Shown here piece after piece: positions 59,550 through 64,000 of a DNA stretch of 64,000 nucleotides. The stretch is from a virus. Both the position numbers and the translations under genes were made by a program. The stretch lies in IMG/VR virus record IMGVR_UViG_3300044770_000015; one strand, 5' to 3'. The notes under the pieces were generated by a model. It was given only the letters and a program-made list of their open reading frames with translations, did no database searches and was not told the DNA's origin. How positions within the stretch are numbered: the stretch's first letter is position 1; every line of letters starts with the position of its first letter.

Positions 59550-59947
59550 GACTTGGCTCCTTGTGCTTGGGCTTCGAGGACCTTACGCTCCACCTCCAGC
59601 ATCAGAACCTTAACTGCGGAGATGCAAGCTGCTTGAGTCCTCTTCGCACCGAGACACTCGCCGATCTGACCGCCGGTAATGCCCTTGGCGATCTTCAGAG
59701 CGGCTCGAGCATCCCGAACCTGCTTGTGCAAGGTTTCACCTTGTGTGGCATTGAAAGCCTTGCCGGGCTCGACACACTGCTTGTTGACGTACTTGGTACA
59801 CGTCAAGTTCACAATGGACTCGCCCATTGCTTGCAGGGAGAGCTCCGTTGCCTCGATTTGCTCCAGAGGCCCTTGTGGTGCCCGTGGCATGACGCTTGGA
59901 CACCCCGCCAGAAAGAAGGCGAGCACCAATACGAGAACGGTCTTCAT
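59546..59947 (-). CDS. lipoprotein (o-spanin-like by position)
   Basis: MKTVLVLVLAFFLAGC lipobox. Sits in the lysis cassette. Confidence 0.6.
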   Translation of the reverse strand: MKTVLVLVLAFFLAGCPSVMPRAPQGPLEQIEATELSLQAMGESIVNLTCTKYVNKQCVEPGKAFNATQGETLHKQVRDARAALKIAKGITGGQIGECLGAKRTQAACISAVKVLMLEVERKVLEAQAQGAKS

Positions 59948-60180
59948 ACTGTCCTCCGTCCGGTCCAGTACCCCGCAAGAGCTCCGACAAGGATGGAGAT
60001 ATCGATCTCCGATCCCTGCAGAACCGCGGCGATCTCTGGGCTAGTCACGCTCAGGATCTTCAGCAGGATATTGGTTGCTGACCCTGCAACTAGGGAAACG
60101 GTGACTGGCGGATGCGCAGTCATCGACATCTTGTCGGCAACTAGCGCTGCCGTGGACTTCACTGCATCTGTTGCACTCAT
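59944..60180 (-). CDS. small membrane protein (holin/i-spanin candidate)
   Basis: 78 aa with hydrophobic segments. Confidence 0.5.
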   Translation of the reverse strand: MSATDAVKSTAALVADKMSMTAHPPVTVSLVAGSATNILLKILSVTSPEIAAVLQGSEIDISILVGALAGYWTGRRTV

Positions 60181-60231
60181 TATACCTCCTTGCGTTGGTT
60201 AACTATCTTACCTTCCTTCTACTACTGCTAC

Positions 60232-60606
60232 TCATTCCTTCGGTGGTTTTGGAGTCCCCATAGTTCCAATCCGCGCTTTCATCTGGGTCCACAGGAAATC
60301 CAGGAATTCAGTCGAGTACAGGCCCACTAGGGTTGCACCGAGATAGCTTAGAGGTGATCCTGTGAGAGATTGCCACACTACGATGTTGTACCACAAAAGT
60401 CCTGACACGAGAGCGAAGAATAGCTTACGCCAGAGGGCCCAGATGTTCTGCATGAAAGTGCGAGTAGGATTCTTATCCTCCCACTCTTTCACGAAAGCTG
60501 CAGCGCCACCCACAATAGAGACTAGGAGATACCCTAGTATTGGGATTACCGTCTCGATCTTGCGGGCTACAGCCGCAACACTATCCAGGATCTCAAGCAC
60601 AGTCAT
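60232..60606 (-). CDS. holin-like membrane protein
   Basis: 124 aa with 3-4 predicted transmembrane segments and a charged C-terminus. Confidence 0.55.
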   Translation of the reverse strand: MTVLEILDSVAAVARKIETVIPILGYLLVSIVGGAAAFVKEWEDKNPTRTFMQNIWALWRKLFFALVSGLLWYNIVVWQSLTGSPLSYLGATLVGLYSTEFLDFLWTQMKARIGTMGTPKPPKE

Positions 60607-61006
60607 CGTAGGCTCCCTTGCTCTTTGGTTTTTGTGCTACGTCGTTAATGTACAGGACGAAGCAGAACACAGCAAGAAGCGGGGCCGTCATGAGCACCGA
60701 TCCTATAGTCCACTTGACTGCTATTAGGTAGTAGGCGTACATTACACTAAAGGCAGCCCACATAGCACAGGAGAGTACTAGCCCAAGCTGTCGTCCTCCT
60801 CGCCAGCGAAGGATCGAACTGGCGAGTAGTAGTATCCCTAGAGACGCCATGACAGTGAACCACTCTTCGGCTTGTTCGTAGTACTCCAGTACACGATGCA
60901 GTCTCAGATCCGCTCCGATTATCGGGAGAACTGACCAGAGTACTTGAATAGCCCCGACCAACATTGTCGCCAGTCGGAGCTCATTGCGTTCTGCGAATAG
61001 TTGCAT
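60593..61006 (-). CDS. membrane protein
   Basis: I place the start at ATG 61006, preceded by AAGGAGAGG. About 4 transmembrane segments. Confidence 0.5.
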   Translation of the reverse strand: MQLFAERNELRLATMLVGAIQVLWSVLPIIGADLRLHRVLEYYEQAEEWFTVMASLGILLLASSILRWRGGRQLGLVLSCAMWAAFSVMYAYYLIAVKWTIGSVLMTAPLLAVFCFVLYINDVAQKPKSKGAYDDCA

Positions 61007-61022
61007 ATACCTCTCCTTAGTC

Positions 61023-61775
61023 TCAGTCGCTCGGACTCGTTGAACCAGTGTCGAGCGTTCCGGTAATACTGAAATTCCCACCAGTACCGCGGTTCGTGGC
61101 GAAATTGGCGACAGCTTCCCCCTTACGTAGCGACTGATAAACGAGGGGTCTGATCCCATTCAGAGGGTACTCACCAAATCTACCTAGTGACACGGGCTTA
61201 CCAGCGGCTGAGATAAACTTACGACGATTTGCCGTAACTGAAAAATCGAGGTACTGACCGGGAGCGAAATATAGCTCTGCCAGACACCCGTTAAACTTAA
61301 TTGTGCCATCAGCTGTTGCCCCTACTACCCAATCAGGATAGGTGTAATCCGCTGTGAAAGTGTCATTGTCTACAACCGTCTGATCACTTGTATCCCCTAC
61401 ATAGAGAGAAGAAACGGGGATGCTTCTGTCCCAGGCGATCAGTAGATGCCGCCACGTCGCACTAGCAGCGTAGGCCGTTGTACTACGGTGCTGAAATGTA
61501 CTAGCACCAGCCACAACAGTATTCAAAAACTGGTTGCTCGTATTCAAGGAAAAACGTGGACCGTCAACTGCCCCACCCAAAGTGGTAGCTGCACTGAAAA
61601 AACGTCGAGAAGTGCCGTCCCCACCGTCGATTCTTAACCAAGCCGAGAAGATGCCTTGAGCATGATCTGAGGCTCCTGTTAGACCAGCTCCACGAGTCAT
61701 ATAGTCGTTCGTGCCGTCAAAGTCGGCACTAGCGACCGGGAGGCCGCTAAATCTACTAGGAATGAGTCCGAACAT
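61023..61775 (-). CDS. tail fibre-associated protein with LamG/concanavalin-like domain
   Basis: 250 aa. FDGTNDYMTRG...FSAWLRIDG...WRHLLIAWD...FNGCLAELYFAPGQYLDF. Confidence 0.6.
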   Translation of the reverse strand: MFGLIPSRFSGLPVASADFDGTNDYMTRGAGLTGASDHAQGIFSAWLRIDGGDGTSRRFFSAATTLGGAVDGPRFSLNTSNQFLNTVVAGASTFQHRSTTAYAASATWRHLLIAWDRSIPVSSLYVGDTSDQTVVDNDTFTADYTYPDWVVGATADGTIKFNGCLAELYFAPGQYLDFSVTANRRKFISAAGKPVSLGRFGEYPLNGIRPLVYQSLRKGEAVANFATNRGTGGNFSITGTLDTGSTSPSD

Positions 61776-62770
61776 TATGCGGATCCTCTCGAGGCGAACA
61801 TCATGTGTACACTCGTTCCATCGGAGTGCCAGGCAAAAATGTCAACCGAGTTAATAGCAGTCGAAAGTACTGGATCGACGTTGCCTTCGAACAAATAGGC
61901 GGATCCCCAGGTTAGTAAGCGAGTACCAGTTCCATCTTGGATTACCCGAAGAATACCTGATGATCCATCTCGCATGAAGGTTGGGTTATCCAGAGTACGG
62001 TTACCACCCAAGATAACCTTGGCGACGGGCTGTGTCTGGAGGTTCCAGGCGATGTTTGCACCGTCTGTTAGCGTCTGAGTAGGGTTGTACTGTTGCCTAT
62101 CCCAGACATTCTCCTCCACTACAAGGTTCTTTGGCCCTGGTTGGACTACTGAGGGGATCGCGGCCCAGAGACCAGCTGTCGTCTGAGTGTCCTTCGTTGT
62201 GGCGATCTTCCTGAACGGGACGCTCGTTCTGGCAGTAGTTGAGTACATCACCGTCGCCGAGTCGGCTGCCCCAGCTCCGCCCTCTGCTACTGTCGTAACG
62301 ATACCACTGTCACCGTAGTCCTTCGTGGACCAGGCGAGTTCCTGCGTACCAGAATCGATGAGGTACCAGTGCAGATACCCCTCGACTGCCGAGGCGTGAC
62401 CTGCCGTCGAGCCGGACGAGATGACGGTTGAGAAGTTGGCCGTTGCAGTTCTGAGGGCTTGGGTACCGTTGCTCAGCGTAGCATGACGTTGCATTACAAA
62501 CCCGGGATTCGAGGCTGAGAGGTCGGCCCCTTTCGAATCCTTGACCGTCGCTGTCAGGGCGTTGGATCCGACAGCGAAGCTGACACCAAAGTTCAGCACC
62601 ATCTGCGGATCGAGCGCCTTAAGTGCGTCGATCGCACTAGCCGGAGTACCAGCTGTGCCGAAGAGGCCTGAGAGGTAGTCCCGTACGCCTCCGATCGCCG
62701 TCTTGAACATCCCCTGGTTGTGACCACCAGTCGTACCATCGAGATCACCTTTTGCTGGAAGAGCAGTCAT
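61775..62770 (-). CDS. tail fibre protein
   Basis: 331-aa ORF, G/T/S/A-rich, located in the tail-tip module. Confidence 0.55.
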   Translation of the reverse strand: MTALPAKGDLDGTTGGHNQGMFKTAIGGVRDYLSGLFGTAGTPASAIDALKALDPQMVLNFGVSFAVGSNALTATVKDSKGADLSASNPGFVMQRHATLSNGTQALRTATANFSTVISSGSTAGHASAVEGYLHWYLIDSGTQELAWSTKDYGDSGIVTTVAEGGAGAADSATVMYSTTARTSVPFRKIATTKDTQTTAGLWAAIPSVVQPGPKNLVVEENVWDRQQYNPTQTLTDGANIAWNLQTQPVAKVILGGNRTLDNPTFMRDGSSGILRVIQDGTGTRLLTWGSAYLFEGNVDPVLSTAINSVDIFAWHSDGTSVHMMFASRGSA

Positions 62771-62777
62771 AGCTTTA

Positions 62778-64000
62778 TCACCATCCTTTCACACGAAAAT
62801 CGCCCTGGCCCGCAACGGCTGCAAGATCCTTGTCGCGAGCCTTGATTAGAGGTCCGAGGTCAGGGTCTCTGTCCTCGATGGTAAATGTCACTGCTGTACC
62901 GCCAATACTTTCAAGCGTACCTTGAACACTCTTGATGCTGGTAAAGTCCTTCGTGATCGGCAGTCTTGTTCCTGATCCACTAATCACGACGTTGTTCAGT
63001 TCCTCCTCCATGTCAGGTGCGTCAATCGACACTAGCAGCTCGGAAAAGATCCCTTGAAGTGCACCTCCGCCGGCTTTCAGTCGGAATATGTAGCGGTCTC
63101 CAGGCTCGATGACTCGGGCTCCAGTCCAAGGCAGGTATTCGCTAGACCCATCGTAGAAGGGATCAGCATCTGCCGTGTAGATCAAGTCGGTATCGCTTAG
63201 TGAGTAGAGGGGTCCTATACCATCCTGCTTCCACTCTAGGTAGTGTGGATCCCCTTGCATTACATGCTGGACTGTGATGATAGAGCCAAACAGAGGAGCC
63301 TCCGGAACGATAACATTGGACTCGAAGGTTAAGTCCTTGAACAGGGATGCTGGATAGAAGATGTCAGCATCGCTAGCTGAATAGAAGGGTGCGCCATCAT
63401 CTGGCCCATAGAACAAGGTCGATGTGTCAGCTTGGATTTCGTCCACTACGATCGTTCCGTTAGTAATCGTACCTGGCCAGCCATCGTTCGCGAAGTCAAT
63501 CACCTCGATAACGTTAGCCAGCCCGGCGTCTCCTAGTCCTCTGACAATAGCAGCAGCGTTCGCTGACTCCTGGCCTGCGGCATCGATCGCTTTGATGAGA
63601 TAGACCGTACGCAAGTCGTCTAACGGCAAGCTCGCGGCTTCCCAGTCGTGCTCCGTGATAACGCCCTCGTGTAGGGGGAGTGCATCTTCCCACGTCCGTT
63701 TGTCGCCCAAATGGAACCGAATCTGGTAGCCAATGACATCTGCCTCATCTACAGCTTTCCAGGTAAACACCTTACCCGAGATGAAGAACCCTGGCGCATC
63801 CCCCGGTACTCTTAAACCGGTAAAGTCAATGAACTGTGAGACGGAGGCCTTGGCAGTCGAACCTACACGACCGAGATCGCTGTACACCGTAATTTCCACG
63901 GTGACATCTTGACGATCAGCGATGGTGATCTCCGTCGACGTACCTTTCATCTCCCTTGCCAGCATGAAGAATGGATTTCCACCTACTGCGACGCGCACGT
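62778..64000 (-). CDS. central tail fibre / host-specificity (gpJ-like) protein, C-terminal part (gene runs off the window end)
   Basis: The frame is open to the window edge. Contains an FN3-like segment, KVFTWKAVDEADVIGYQIRF. Confidence 0.55.
   Translation of the reverse strand, partial: VRVAVGGNPFFMLAREMKGTSTEITIADRQDVTVEITVYSDLGRVGSTAKASVSQFIDFTGLRVPGDAPGFFISGKVFTWKAVDEADVIGYQIRFHLGDKRTWEDALPLHEGVITEHDWEAASLPLDDLRTVYLIKAIDAAGQESANAAAIVRGLGDAGLANVIEVIDFANDGWPGTITNGTIVVDEIQADTSTLFYGPDDGAPFYSASDADIFYPASLFKDLTFESNVIVPEAPLFGSIITVQHVMQGDPHYLEWKQDGIGPLYSLSDTDLIYTADADPFYDGSSEYLPWTGARVIEPGDRYIFRLKAGGGALQGIFSELLVSIDAPDMEEELNNVVISGSGTRLPITKDFTSIKSVQGTLESIGGTAVTFTIEDRDPDLGPLIKARDKDLAAVAGQGDFRVKGW

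Noticed and set aside
1-64000. Searched by eye for tRNA/tmRNA genes, CRISPR arrays, a single-subunit phage RNA polymerase, inteins and group I introns.
   Set aside because: No cloverleaf-like T-loop motifs in the intergenic gaps and no repeat-spacer arrays. No roughly 800-900-aa RNAP-like ORF. The large enzyme genes (RNR, PolA, TerL, primase-helicase) appear uninterrupted. A tRNAscan/Infernal run would be needed for certainty.

Overview
The window is almost wall-to-wall tailed-phage (siphovirus-type) genome. No integrase, repressor, rRNA, tRNA or CRISPR array was seen. Nearly all genes are on the minus strand and tightly coupled by ATGA/GTGA start-stop overlaps.

Layout, read in the minus-strand direction:
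- 64000->58589: tail-tip and fibre genes, then a lysis cassette (holin-like membrane proteins, a lipoprotein, a GH19 endolysin).
- 58570->23592: a long early/middle region.
  - Replication and recombination: TOPRIM/SF3 primase-helicase, RuvC-like resolvase, SNF2 helicase, PD-(D/E)XK exonuclease, AAA_24-type ATPase, DUF669 protein, family-A DNA polymerase with an N-terminal family-4 UDG-like domain, ATP-dependent ligase.
  - DNA modification: a folE-queE-queD-queC cluster plus a dpdA-like gene, consistent with 7-deazaguanine DNA modification.
  - Nucleotide metabolism: class II RNR, ThyX, MazG, a dATP/dGTP diphosphohydrolase-like protein, a DHH phosphoesterase, a SLOG protein.
  - About 40 small ORFs of unknown function.
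- 20404->1: the late structural operon. It runs from a possible small terminase through TerL, portal, an unusual GC-rich five-gene block and a 17x21-aa repeat protein, then protease/scaffold, decoration protein and major capsid protein. Connector genes, tail tube, G/GT chaperone with a -1 frameshift, tape measure and distal tail proteins follow.
- 20.5-23.1 kb: the only plus-strand module, made of three promoter-to-terminator cassettes.

The signals I think most deserve follow-up:
- A roughly 50-bp promoter unit repeated at least 14 times.
- Three paralogous small HTH proteins, each in its own promoter-terminator cassette.
- A roughly 290-bp long imperfect inverted repeat where the two transcription directions converge.
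- The preQ0/dpdA-like cluster.
- A roughly 98-aa lipoprotein carrying a perfect HExxHxxGxxH motif.
- An adjacent SLOG + DHH gene pair.
- Marked GC-content mosaicism.

All functional calls come from motifs I recognise in the translations. No database search was run.
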